Of a stretch of 64,000 nt of DNA, positions 1 through 13,367 are shown one piece after another. The position numbers and the translations under genes were made by a program. Origin of the DNA: Octopus vulgaris (taxonomy: Eukaryota); the NCBI GenBank assembly GCA_951406725.2, contig OX597815.1:142414001-142478000 (forward strand). Direction: 5' to 3'. Within the stretch, counting starts at the first letter, position 1, and each line of letters starts with the position of its first letter. The notes under the pieces were generated by a model. It did no database searches. It saw only the letters and a program-made list of their open reading frames with translations, and was not told the origin of the DNA.

Positions 1-774
1 GATGAATTTAGAAAACGAAACAATTCACATTCTTATATTGACTTTATATTATTTACTAGTAGTAGACAAGTATTGTATTCTGTTTGAATAAGCAATAATA
101 CTCTTTGACGAACGTAGAGGATGTATTGTGTAAATGTATGAAGATAAACCATTATGAGAGAAAATCAATACAATGAATGTAATAATATATGTTACCTCAC
201 AATGTAGTAACTGAGGCAAAAGGGGTAATACGTTTTAAATTACCAAATATGATACAGAAAATGTCTTACATACAACATTGCCACATAAACGAGGAAAAGA
301 GGTATGCAATATTTTAGCTGATACTGAAATGTAGATAGAGCGTAGCTACTACAATGATGCATTTTGTTGTCGCTCAATCCCAGGTTGATTCAAATAACAC
401 ACTTAGTGATATATAGCACGTTGATTAGTGATCAGTTGATCATTTGCTGATGGATCTCTTAAGACTCTTCTGATTTCTCTGTTTAATGAATGATTGTTAT
501 TTAATATTGGAAATCGTCATAAAGACATTTCCTCAGTCGACACTAAATCCTCTAATCTCTGTCACAAACAATGAGGTATTGAACAGCGAAGTGTACCTAG
601 CAAAATGTAGTCATAATAACAACATTCATAAAAGAAAAAAAAAGTATTGAGGTGTTATGACCAGAATACTTCTCATCACAGTTCGTATTAATCATGGGTT
701 GCCCAGTATTAAATAACAACTGATGTTATAATAGCTATCATTTAAGTAACTTAAGTATTATAAACACAAAATTG

Positions 775-981
775 ATATTGGTTTCAAATTTTGGCACAAG
801 CCAGCTCGTCCAGAAGTGGAGGTAATTTGATTACATCAATCCAAATACTTATTTCATCGAACCCAAAAAGGATAAAAGGCAAAGTCGACCAAGGCGGAAT
901 TTGAACTGAGAGCGTAAAGACGGGTGAAATAGCGCTAAGTATTTTGATCGATGTGCTAACGATTCTCCAAGCTCGCTGCCT
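775..981 (-). mobile_element. tRNA-derived SINE, family A (older subfamily), with 14-bp target-site duplication
   Basis: Minus strand reads AAGGCAGCGAGCTTGGAGAATCGTTAGCAC (A-box-like) ... CAGTTCAAATTCCGCC (B-box-like) ... GGTCGACTTTGCCTTTTATCCTTTTGGGTTCGATGAAATAAGTA. It is homologous to copies at 24663, 29584, 34334, 39929, 43361 and 61545. The direct repeat TAAACACAAAATTG flanks it at 761-774 and 982-995. Confidence 0.9.
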
Positions 982-1003
982 TAAACACAAAATTGTAAGT
1001 ATT

Positions 1004-1345
1004 GTGTTGTTAACTTGCTCTGATTAATATACTGACAATGGAATACTGACGATAACTTACGCATGTTACTGAATATCTGTTAACATTCAGCTTTTAACAC
1101 AATGATTATAACATAATGATGTTAACCTACGGATACAACGTTGTTAATATTCGGATGTTAGCATTCTGATGATGACGTAATACAATTCAGTTAGCTTAAG
1201 AATATTAATTAACTGGCATTAGCATCAGTACTTTAACAATATGACACTAGTGTGTTAACAGCAAGTTGATGATACGCTCTTTAACGTAGTAATGTTAATA
1301 TACTGAAGTTGCGTCTACGTCTTGATGTTAACGAGGTGATAATCT
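1004..1345. repeat. Degenerate ~14-bp minisatellite (consensus ~GATGTTAACATACT)
   Basis: Consecutive units such as GATTATAACATAAT, GATGTTAACCTACG, GATGTTAGCATTCT, AATGTTAATATACT and GATGTTAACGAGGT, read by eye. Confidence 0.7.
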
Positions 1346-1437
1346 ACTAGCTTTAAAGAAACAATCTTATCCTTCACATGCAAATGTGCGTGTATGCACG
1401 AGTGCTTAAGTGTGTGTATGTGCGGTGGGGTGTTTGT

Positions 1438-1482
<45 letters not shown>

Positions 1483-2184
1483 TGTATGTATGAGTGTGTT
1501 TGTGTGTCCATCCAGTAACAAAAATTGAAACTTATTTTGATCGCTGTATGTAATAATACAACTTGCTTCGTAGCGTTTGCATTTTCATCGTACGCTAAAT
1601 ATCACATGTATATAAGACGTGTGCGTATAAGTATGTATATGTAATTCAAAATATTGAATGAATATATACTTACATACATACGTGTTTGTGTGTGAACGTG
1701 AGTAGATTTTATGTTTGTGAATCATCTAAATTCAAAATATACACATATTAATCATTGTATGTATAGATTCAGAAGAAGTTATACAAAGATATCAATTATG
1801 CCTGAAATAGACAGAAAGTCATAGAAAGAAATGGATATATTAAATCAGTAAACATTCAGCGTTAAACAATCTGCATCTAAAATCTGTCATATGGTTATCT
1901 TACATATCAATGACAATTGTTCGGAATATGTAATATTATATATGTTTTATACTTTATGGCGTGTTGACATGAATGCAGAGAAATGATTGTGTTCTACACA
2001 ATACCTCGACAAAATATTCGATATAATGAATGGTAAGAATATTGGAGTTATATATGTGTGTGTTTGCGTGTGTTTCTATTTCACTAAACGTATGTTAGCT
2101 ACGCACACATGCACATAAACACACACACACGCACACATGCACATAAACACACACACGCACACACGCACACACACGCATACACAG

Positions 2185-2232
<48 letters not shown>

Positions 2233-2310
2233 GGATATCAACGTATGTATATGAGTGTAGTGTATGTGAGTATGAATATATATTCGCATATGTGTATTTA
2301 CATATGGATA

Positions 2311-2524
2311 TACTCTTTTACTTGTTTCAGTCATTTGACTGCGGCCATGCTGGAGCACCGCCTTTAGTCGAGCAAATCGACCCCGGGACTTATTCTTTGT
2401 AAGCCCAGTACTTATTCTATCGGTCTCTTTTGCCGAACCGCTAAGTGACGGGGACGTAAACATACCACCATCGGTTGTCAAGCAATGCTAGGGGGACAAA
2501 CACAGACACACTAACACATACAGT

Positions 2525-2556
<32 letters not shown>

Positions 2557-2722
2557 TACGACAGGCTTCTTTCAGTTTCCGTCTACCAAATCCACTCACA
2601 AGGCATTGGTCGGCCCGGGGCTATAGCAGAAGACACTTGGCCAAGATGCCACGCAATGGGACTGAACCCGGAACCATGTGGTTGGGTAGCAAGCTACTTA
2701 CCACACAGCCACTCCTGCGCCT
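2311..2722 (-). mobile_element. tRNA-derived SINE, family B (CORE-like domain), near full length
   Basis: Minus strand: AGGCGCAGGAGTGGCTGTGTGGTAAG (A box), GGTTCAGTCCC (B box), CTTGGCCAAGTGTCTTCT (CORE-like), an internal (TA)/(TG) tract, and tail GGCGGTGCTCCAGCATGGCCGCAGTCAAATGACTGAAACAAGTAAAAGAGTA. Several homologous copies occur in the window. Confidence 0.9.
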
Positions 2723-2773
2723 ATATATATATATGTGTGTGCATACATGTGTTTGTGTGTGTGTATGTGTGCG

Positions 2774-2819
<46 letters not shown>

Positions 2820-4453
2820 TACATATTCGCATACATACATGTATATTGAACGAACGCTACAGATGACGAAAACTAGGAAGCAATTTGTCATTAATGCGCC
2901 CCTTCAATTCCATCGGTAATGCGGGGCTCAAGACGAGGCAAGACAAAGTAGAGTTAAATGAATAAGTAAGTGTAACAACTTGATGCATCCAATTTAATTG
3001 AGTTTCACGTCTCGAATTATTCTCAAGTATTATTGGGGAAATGTCACAATAGTATAATTAAGAAAACATATTTGAAAGATCGTAATTTGAATCATACTTG
3101 ACGCAAAAGAAGTAAAATATTAACTACACTATACACCGGTGAGTTATTAAAGAGTCAAAAGTATATATGTCTGCGATTTTAAATAGAATTATGTTCTTGG
3201 ACTATAGATGACTTTTTCATTTCTTGTGGTTGAGAAACCCCTTTTCATATTTCATCAATTCCCCCACCCCCAGTTATTCTGATAAAACTGTATAAATTCC
3301 GTCGAACTATTATTCACGATATTTCACTATACCATATAAAGTGGAAGTCACGAACAGTTTAAGAACGTGATTCTATTTACGTTACACGTTTTTTACCCCC
3401 TCATTTATTTGTAGATAACCCTCCCAGATACTGTGTACAGGCAAAGCGATTTATTTAATGACACATTTCACTTACTTTAACCATGTTCTGTCTACAATCA
3501 CATAAGCCTAACATTTCTCTAACTAAGCAATATTGTAACAATTTAACCACTGGTATTTTTGAATAAATTGAGAGTTGAAACCGTGGCAAATAGCATTCCA
3601 AGTAATGTAAATATTGTTCAAAAGTGTAAAAGCTAAACGAAATCTAAAATCATATTGTATAAATTCCGAATGATATAAAAATTGATATTGTTTAGCTTAG
3701 ATAATCGAATTAAATAACAATTGAAGCGACGTTTACATGTTATTACCTTAGGAATTGTGTAATGCCTAGAAATTTATTTAGAAGCGCATGACGTAGAATC
3801 GTGTATAGTTTTCTTAACCCCATAGGTAATTCACAAATAAGTTACTGAATGTTTTCTTTTTAATTAATGAAATATATAAATCTATCACATATAAATAACA
3901 AAACAAATGAGCCGAGAGCAGAAAACATTTCAGACAACATCCGTTACTACATGACGATTTAAATTAGATTAAAAGTGAGATAAGGCAAAGCGGTTTCTTT
4001 TCTATTCGATTTCTTTGTTTATCTATTTACATCCATTAATTAATGTTTTAATGTTATCTTAAAAAGCAGTTCATGGGAAATCTTGTAGGTTTCAGGGCAA
4101 ATAAGAAACAGAATCAAATAAACAAGGTTGTTTTTATACTATAAATATATCTAATGCATAGATGCTAAACCAGGCAATCATTTAATATGATGAATTCCAG
4201 TATATATACGCAGAGACCTATCTTTCTAAATGTATTTATTGATCAGTACATATGTAGAAGCATTCATATGTATTTACATGTCACTAATGTTTACGAAAAT
4301 GTTGGTTAATATATCCCTACATAATACGCATCCTAATTATACGTAAAACTTCCCATCACCATGCATACATACATATACACGCATCCATACATACATATAG
4401 GTATATATGTTAGTATATCTATTTATCTATCGATCTATCTATCTATCTATCTA

Positions 4454-4499
<46 letters not shown>

Positions 4500-4929
4500 A
4501 CATAAGAAAATGGAGAAATACACCTTAATCAATAATCAACTACCAGATTTATATTTATATTTATATTTATTTATATCAACTTATACATATTGTACTTATT
4601 ATATCATATTACTCATTGATGTGCATTGCATTGTTTTGTTCTGTACTATTATGTGTGACCTTGATGTTCATAGGCAGTGGGTTAATAAATTATGTGATTG
4701 GGTATTATCTAGTAGTTGATTATTGATTAAGGTGTATTTCTCCATTTTCTTATTTTGTATTATTAATTTGCGGTAAAACATTTTACCTTTGCCCATATAA
4801 TACAAGAAATGAATTAACTGCATCGCAATTCTTAACATTTATGTATTAACTTTGTTGGGTGCTTTACTGGCAGTATATTGGATATGTTATCCCATGGTGG
4901 GTTGCACTCACAACCCCTATCTCAATTTG

Positions 4930-5005
<76 letters not shown>

Positions 5006-5046
5006 TATACATGTTTGTGTCTGCGCACATCTTGTACGTGCGCTTG

Positions 5047-5129
<83 letters not shown>

Positions 5130-5144
5130 CGTCGAATGGATTAA

Positions 5145-5511
5145 TATCAGGACTTAATTTTGAAACCTAGTATCTATTCTATCGGTTGCATTTGCTGAAC
5201 ACCTAAGTTACAGAGACTTGCATACACCAACACCTGTTGCCAAGCAGTGGAGAGAAAAACACAGACACACACAAACACGCAGACACACACACACGCATAC
5301 ACACAAACACACACATACATCCATACACACAAACGCACATATACATCCATCAATGCATCCATCCATCCATACATACATACATTCTGTTGAATATGGTACT
5401 TAAGTTAAATACGTCAGAATTTGGTATGGTATTATCCATATAATTCAAAATGTAGTGATTATAATCAAAATATGCAACAAGGATATCCAAGGATATCCTC
5501 GTTGCTTATTT

Positions 5512-5548
<37 letters not shown>

Positions 5549-5606
5549 GGGCTTCTTTCAGTTTTCTTCTACTAAATCAGCTCACAAGTATTTAGTCCGC
5601 CCATGA
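5145..5606 (-). mobile_element. SINE family B, degenerate and interrupted
   Basis: TATTCTATCGGT...GAACACCTAAGTTAC (5175-5260) and GGGCTTCTTTCAGTTTT...CTCACAAG (5549-5590) match the 2311-2722 copy. Confidence 0.7.
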
Positions 5607-6385
5607 TTAGGCTTTAAAATATCTCTAAGCTTCCCGCTGCATCCCCCTGTTCCGGTCACGTGACAATATCTCTTGTGTCGAGTCATCAGTCTCACAGAAT
5701 CTATATTGAATCAGTCAAGTTGTAGATTCGAGAGGAATTGTTTGTATTTAGTCATTAAAATTAATTAGATCTCTTTTATTGTCCGTGAATTGCTGTTTGT
5801 GTGGCTTGTTGGTGTTATTTCAGTCACGGTTTGTATTTTTCTATAAATATAATCTAATTATTCATGTTTCCTTTGTGAGATTATGTGAATAAAGGTAGGC
5901 AAGAAAAGTAATCCAAAAGTTAAGGTTACATTTAGTTCTATATTTAAGTTATATATGTTAAGATTACGTTGTTATACTAAATGTTTTCTATTTAGAATGT
6001 AAATTTAGTATATCTAATGACTGAATGGATATGATTTGTATGTATGTACGTAGGCATAGAATTTCTTCTCCGCTAAATACCTGTGTTAGTGTCATGCGAA
6101 AAAAACTCATGATTGTGCCCAAAGTTAAGTTTGATGACTCAGTAAATTGAACATGCCAAGCGGTAGAATAAGTTTGCGAGTGCGTAGTTGTTGGTGAATA
6201 TACTTGTTAAAGTCTCTTCCGTTGTGGTCTGTATTGTGTATTTGTATTAATATATTTCATTTGTTTGTGTTTGATCTGTTGTATAAATTGAATAAGGGTA
6301 AAGCGGGAAGACTTGGTATTTGTATTATTTATAGCCACTATATCTATGTGCCCACTCAGTGGGGTCCGTTTAGTACTGGGTTCTT

Positions 6386-6439
<54 letters not shown>

Positions 6440-6444
<5 letters not shown>

Positions 6445-7500
6445 CATAATAATTTTAATGAAATCATTGATATTTGGAGCTTTTATACGGGATTTTAGAA
6501 AGTAGACAGAAAAATACTCAATGAATGGGTCTGAAAGATAACTGATATCACTGGTGATATCAGAACTGACTACATCACAGACACCAACAATCTGATAAAA
6601 GCAAACTCGATCTTTATTGCCTAGAATTCAGGACTGAAAGCTAAAGGTAAATGTTAACATAACCGGAAGGAACCCTGGTGGGAAAAGAGAATAACACAGT
6701 GTATTAACGAGACCAGAAGACATAGTAATATTCTAGAACGGAAAAAAAAATTAAATGAAGCTCAGCGAGAGAAATATGTTGAGCTAGAGAGGAAATATAG
6801 GGTGAAGAGAAAGGGTATCAATGTTGTGAGTGAGAAATTAAAACAGCGGTTGAAAGCTAAAGCACATAAATTAAAGAGATAAATCAACAGAGTGTTGAGC
6901 AATACAAATTAAAGAGGCTTTTCGAAGAAAATCAGAAACGAGGCTATCAGAAACTGGGTGGGAAAGAAAGACGTGACAAAGCCTTGTCGGATACAGAAGG
7001 AAACAAAAGATTCTGGGCAAACATATGGTCTCGGGAAAAATAACACGAAACCGAAGGAAGTGGTTAACGACACTCAAAAAGGAGAATGGAGAGTATTAGC
7101 AGGAGGATTTGAGGAAATGATTAGAGAACAGTGCAGGAGAATTCCTAACTGGAAAGCGTATGACCCAGATTGGGTTCCGGGCTTTTGGCTTAAAAACTGG
7201 ACGGCGCTGCACAAGAGAATTGCGAGTCAGCCACATGAAATACTGAGTAGTAACATACAAATACTGGCGTGGATAACAAAAGGGAGACGGTACTATGCCG
7301 GAAGGACCCAAGTAAAGGGAATGCGGTTGGTAATTTCCAACCAATATCTTGTTTGCCATTGATGTGGAAATTAATTTTTGGGGTTGAAAAGTGCACAGTA
7401 TATATTACGAAGATAGGCTGGAAGATAAAGTCTGATGGCATAAGATTACCACACGACAGCATCATTCGGCCTGCTGCCAAACGATAAGTTAATGAAACGA
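6440..7500 (+). mobile_element. R4/Dong-type non-LTR retrotransposon fragment (N-terminal region and RT start, RT core deleted)
   Basis: Frameshifted peptides KEPWWEKRI, PNWKAYDPDWVPGFWLKNWTALHKRIA and [29 protein letters not shown], followed directly by FGVEKC...SDGIRLP. These are typical R4-clade RT motifs. The fragment starts right after an (AAT)n tract at 6388-6452. Confidence 0.85.
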
Positions 7501-7534
7501 GTAATAATAGAGAAATCCGTACACACACACACAC

Positions 7535-7583
<49 letters not shown>

Positions 7584-8044
7584 AAACACACACACACACA
7601 CACTAATTCGTGTGTGTGGACTGATTCATATCTCAACGTTGAGGATGTTCCAATGCTTTTCATTGAACTGTTAAAAATAGCAGCTACGAATTTTCCTCCA
7701 ATCGTATACTGTCATCATTCGATAAGTATGGTTCTAGATATTCATGTTTACAAGCAATGGGAATTAGTGACAACTGCAAAATATTTCATCATTGAATTGG
7801 TTTATCAGGAATGAGTTGGGATTAAAAAAAAGGAACAACATCAAATGTAAAGAGGAAAATTATATAAACATTTGTATGTACATATACTTACAGAAGCAAA
7901 GTCGGTCGAAAGAAATATATAAAACTGTTAATATTCAGGAAACAGTTAATCTTATTACAATGCGTCACAACTATCACATTAGCAATTACAGAGATAGGTA
8001 TATATATATATATATATACATACATACATATATATATATAATAT

Positions 8045-8100
<56 letters not shown>

Positions 8101-8285
8101 ATATATGTATGTATATTCATATTTGCATGTAAATATATATATATATATATATACATACACGATCAACGACACACTCGCATATGTATGTGTTTGTCTATGT
8201 CCGTATATGTATATGCTTATGGTCTGTGATATGACTTCAACTGTATGTGCGTGTGACTACAGAGGCGCATGCAAACAAATACATG

Positions 8286-8361
<76 letters not shown>

Positions 8362-8673
8362 GCGTGTATCGATAGCTTTTGCTAATAATTCCTTTGGGCA
8401 AATGTATTTTCCGGTTGCAGATGTAAATATCACTATTCACTCTTTGAAGTCTGACACTGATTAAGAATGAATATTTAATAATTTGTCGCTTCACTCATTC
8501 GCTAATATCTTATTTTAACTCTGGTTTTTTCAGTTGAGCGATAACGTACGCATACATGTCTACATAGAGACACCCGCTTGCATTAACACACAAACTTCTA
8601 CATACATGTATGTACAGACACATACATACGCACACGTATAAATATAAATATATATATATATATATATAGATTT

Positions 8674-8714
<41 letters not shown>

Positions 8715-8808
8715 TATATATATATTTGTATAGATATATATATATATATATATATGCATATACATACATACTTATACATATATATATATATGCACATACA
8801 CACACATG

Positions 8809-8840
<32 letters not shown>

Positions 8841-10518
8841 AAACTTGAATTGCAACACAGGGTTTCATTTTGTGTTTTATTCAAATGATTGAAGTTGGCA
8901 AGCAACACGTTAACATATACATAAATTAATGTATAGATACACACACACGCACACACACACATACACAGACACACGCACACGTACAAACACACATGTATGT
9001 GTGTATGCTTGTGTGTGTCTGTGCGTCTGTTCGTGTATGCGTGTATACATTAATTTATGTATATATTAACGCGCGTGTTTGTTTGTGTTTGTGTTTGTGT
9101 GTGTGTGTATAAAGTCTGCAAATGTATTCGTCTAACCGCTGAAATATTATTAGTCATCCAGTTTTGCAGCTTTGATTAGTTTCCTCAAAACCGATAGGAA
9201 ATGCGTAACATATTTATGTAAGGAATTATCAGATGCAGTACTACACTATCACCTTTGAAATAAACATGATTGCGAGGAAGGTGAATAATGTTACTAAAGT
9301 TTGTTTTTTTTCTGTTGATGAAAACATGCTTTCTTTCTCTTTTTTTTATGATTCCATTTTCATTAGGGAATAAGTTCCTCACTTTGCATACACACTATTT
9401 TATCCAATAAGTAGCTGATAATTTCCCCAACATATTTGAAAGGAATTATCGAACAGAGTTTTGGGTCAACATTGGAAAGCTACTGAAAAAATACTGAAGC
9501 AAGGTTTCAAGTTTGAAAGACATCCTGGGTCGTTCTATACAGAAGATAGGATCTTTTGTTTCATAACTCACCCATTTTAAATACTAAAATAATGTTATTG
9601 CAAAGGGTTTTTTTTTTCAGAATAATAAACTTCCTTGTGATATCCATTGTGATAATCTATTCTACTGGATTGTAATTGGTAAATTCTCTATTCCTTCTGG
9701 ATTCCTGTGTGCATATATATATTTGATCTATGTCGAACATGCTTTCATTTTCACTGTTATTTGCAGTATTACTCATAGTTATTCACAGTAATGCTTTCAA
9801 AATACGCGTTCTGTAAAGAAAGCAAATTGCTTGTGCATTGCACTTTCGCAAAATGAAAATACATTTTTATGTTCGTATTAGCAAATGCTTCATCTGTTTA
9901 CAGTCGTTATTTAGGCGAATATTTTTGCTGCACATGTATTTCGCCTTGACACAATTTCAAGTTAATATTATTATAACATCATTAGTCAAAAGAGAAATAC
10001 TTATGTACAAAGTTTGGTAATATCCTAGTAACATTAAAACAAACTTTCTTACGCTAATATTTTCTTAGTTTATGTGAATATTAGTGTGGATGTTCATCTA
10101 AAGTAGTTTCTGTTTGAAGTCAATATCTTTTAAGATCTCCTTGAGCTAATTTTCTCTTTCCTAATAGTATATCTAAGTGTTTATATATTATCGTGTGCCT
10201 AGAATTTATATTAATATATTGTTAGTTCTCGTTTGGGTTAGTATAACCCCGCTTGTTACCAATATCATAAAGCAGATGTACCTCTCAGAAATTAAGAATA
10301 TTTACACTAGTTTCTTTGACTTTGTTGGAGAAATCATTGATAAGAGAATGCATTACATGATCGATAATAATTCAGAAACTAGATTGACTTCCCTGTAGAG
10401 GAAAAACATTACAGAGTTATTTTTTCTTTGCATATTCATAACAACGCTAACATTTTAATACATATGTATGAACAGTTACGTACTTAAATTCGAAAGAACA
10501 AAAAGTTCAGAAGATTTG

Positions 10519-10880
10519 GCAGTAATGCGCGAAACTCAGCATTCGGTCTTCCGATGACGTAATGTAAGTGTAAAAGCAAAGCTCGCTACCTTCATTTCGG
10601 TCTCTGTACATACTCTTATCTATGGTCATTGACCCTTGGTAATGGCCGAAAGAATAAGATCGCGAATATATGAGGCTGAGAAGAAGAGTCCTCGGAAATC
10701 AGAGAGGCGCCCTGCCTAGAACCGCAATTTCTTGAACTGAGATATCACAGCTCCGATTTTACAGACGTGTATTAAAGGTGTTTCGGTAAAGAATCACTGG
10801 GCAGATTTTATGGGCAAAATCAGTTGGCATACGACATTCTAGGACTAAATGGGACAAGATGATAGATGACATAAGATGAG
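10519..10880 (+). mobile_element. RTE-clade (Expander/Rex3-like) LINE C-terminal remnant
   Basis: My translation gives AVMRETQHSVFR*RNVSVKAKLATFISVSVHTLIYGH*PLVMAERIRSRIYEAE...SEIREA...SQLRFYRRV...RHSRTKW. This resembles the RTE motif KAKLSIY..PTLTYGHE.WVMTER.RSRIQAAE. Confidence 0.75.
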
Positions 10881-11565
10881 AAATGTGAAAAAAAGAAATG
10901 TCTCTAAGAAATTGTCAACTTATTCATATATCGCCTAATAATATTAAAGCCTTGAACAAGATATGCTATATTAAAATTGAGAAGCTAAAAATATATATCC
11001 TTTTAATGGGAAACTAATATCTCAATTTATACATTTAGTGTACTCTTCGTGGGAAAAGCATATGTCACAAATGTAAGTTGTCCTGCTCAGTGCAACTGAT
11101 ACTATCTTGTTAAGACTTGTATATACCCGAAAGTATTTTCATTTGGGACCTACATAAAAACACAACATATCCTTCTAATTCTTTGGAATAGAAGACTTAT
11201 TCTTAGACAGGTGAAATAAAAGTCAGACATGATTTGCCCAACGAAGGAACTGCAGAATGTATTCGAAAGTTTTGCAAGATCGTCTAACTTCGTTACAATG
11301 CTAAAACATTAACACACCGTCGACAAGTACCTCAGGGCTATAAACAGCTTCCCCTTAGCCTATAATAAGATCGTCATCATTCGTTAATATTGTTCTAGAA
11401 TAGTGACAACAGGAATGCATACCATCTTAGAGTTGGTGTGTGTATATCTATCAATCGATAGATTGAGCTTTCTATCTATCCATCTAACTATCTCTATCCC
11501 TCTATCTCTCCATCTCTCTTTCTCTCCCTCTCTCTTTCTCTTCCTTTCTCTCTAGCCCTCTCTCC

Positions 11566-11736
11566 GGTCACATTTAAAAGTCCAGAAGTCCGCCAAATAC
11601 CGCTGGGTAACCATCTCGCAACATGTAGCCAGAAAATATTCCATTTCATAAACTATAAAATCCGAACGAAATCGAGAGAAAACTAAGAGAAAAGGACTTT
11701 ATTAATAGATTCAAACCCAAGCTTAATAAACAATGA
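11566..11736 (+). mobile_element. Penelope-like element, GIY-YIG endonuclease C-terminal remnant
   Basis: PEVRQIPLGNHLATCS...(frameshift) EIERKLREKDFINRFKPKLNKQ*, matching the R..E..FI...KP.LN end of PLE GIY-YIG domains. Confidence 0.65.
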
Positions 11737-11889
11737 AAAGACATCATCTTATTTAAGCACTGCTGTCATCATTTCTAAAAATAAACACTGAAAAATGGTA
11801 TGGCATCATTTCTAAAAAAAACACCAAGCAACTACTACTTCTATCAAAAGGACAAAATTTAACCAGTCAACCACAGTTAAGATTAATGG

Positions 11890-12044
11890 TACCACATGTC
11901 ATGAGGAGCGCATGCAATCATTCATAACCTCGTTGTTATATAATCATCTCATTCATATACGTTTTATGTATTGTCTCCTCTGTGGTGTCCTGTCTGATCT
12001 TGTTTACCCCCCTTGTGTTGGGCCCTTGTGGCTAATAAAGAAAC
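11890..12044 (+). mobile_element. Tx1-like LINE 3' end fragment
   Basis: Ends in CCCCTTGTGTTGGGCCCTTGTGGCTAATAAAGAAAC, matching the 3' termini of the Tx1-like elements at 53428 and 54380. Confidence 0.55.
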
Positions 12045-12239
12045 GAGTTGAAACCAATGAACACAACTGTCATCTCAACCAATAGTACCCGAGGAATGCA
12101 TAAATGCCAAAAAAATAACTAGTTCAATAAGAATGGACATTTAATATTTTATTTGCATTTATTTTTACCATATCTTATATTAATATTATATGATTATAAA
12201 TAAAACATGAAAAACAGAGTTGGAATTCCTTTGAGTAAT

Positions 12240-12443
12240 ATGTGACCGCGTGTGTACCGTTGGTGATTTTTTTCCCTCTGTCTTCCCTTCTCTGGATCTT
12301 TCCTTCTCCTATGTTTCAGACGAAGAGCTCCACTCGAAACGTTAAACCCTCCTTCTTTCCCTCTTTCCTAAGCGTCCAATAATACTATATTTGTTCCACG
12401 TCCTTGCGTTGTGTTTTTTTGTGCTTTCTTGTTTGGATTAACC

Positions 12444-12445
<2 letters not shown>
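12240..12445 (+). mobile_element. PLE pseudo-LTR-like terminal repeat carrying a degenerate hammerhead
   Basis: Pyrimidine-rich segment containing GTTTCAGACGAAGAGCTCCACTCGAAACGTTAAAC and ending at (TA)n. It is related to 39262-39547 and lies downstream of the GIY-YIG remnant. Confidence 0.55.
12313..12347 (+). ncRNA. Degenerate minimal type I hammerhead ribozyme motif (core U4 changed to A)
   Basis: Stem I GTTT/AAAC; core CAGACGA+A; stem II GAG..CTC; GAAA; palindromic stem III ACGT. Confidence 0.5.
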
Positions 12446-12501
<56 letters not shown>

Positions 12502-13298
12502 ATTAGAAACCGATATTTCTAAACTTATGGTAGTCGCTCTCATAAATACTTTATTTATATCACATTCACCTGTACCGTAGCATACCTAGATTTAGTCCCA
12601 TCGTAATTCAATCATTACAAGATAACTGGATAGATTATGTGGCAGTAGCTAGTAATATATGTTTGTACAGGAAAGTGGCAAGTTATGATAACTGAAAAGC
12701 CATCCCCTCGAAATATTGTGTCAATGTAAATGGTGCTTCTGTTTTCGACATAAAGGTAACTATTTGGGGAAAAGATGTTATTCGATTATATCGAACCTAG
12801 CCTTTGCATATCAAACCTAGCTTGTGCATTTTGACTGGCTTCGAACATATGAAACACAAAGATGTCCTTGGCAAGTTTAGAACTTACGAGATGAAGTGCT
12901 GAAACAAAGAGAGACATTCTTTCCGACACTCTTATGATTCTAAAAGCACAGTACTTTTCTCGATTCAAAGGGTAAAAAATACAAAAATTAAGCATTTCTC
13001 TTATTCTCATGCTTTGAAAAAAATTGTATTTATATTAGCTGTGAATTGTCAGGGACATTTATATGGTTAATACAAATTCAAGGTTCAATAGATAATAACA
13101 CTAACAATCGCCAACGCTTTCAATAATGGCAGAATTTAGTTTAATTTTTTTTTTAACGTGAGTTCAATATATATGAATACAATTTCCATATTCTTTAATA
13201 TCCAATCACATGTTCGCACGCAGATATCACATATTCACAGTGCAGAATTATTGACAAAAGTGTAATCTGCTTGAAAATTCGGGGACTAGAAATAATTC

Positions 13299-13367
13299 AC
13301 ACATACACACACACACATGGAAACGGAGACACACACACACACATGGAAACGGAGACACACACACACA
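13299..13367. repeat. Short tandem duplication of (AC)n-ATGGAAACGGAG
   Basis: CACATGGAAACGGAGACACAC occurs twice in tandem. Confidence 0.85.

Noticed and set aside
1004-1345. Periodic palindromic repeats as a possible CRISPR-like array
   Set aside because: Units are contiguous 14-mers without unique spacers, the context is eukaryotic, and there are no cas genes.
9185-9815. Minus-strand acceptor-like TTTCTTTACAG followed by protein-looking stretches (YLKWVSYETKDPIFCIERP...)
   Set aside because: There are several stops in frame and no recognisable family motif, so it cannot be distinguished from chance without a homology search.
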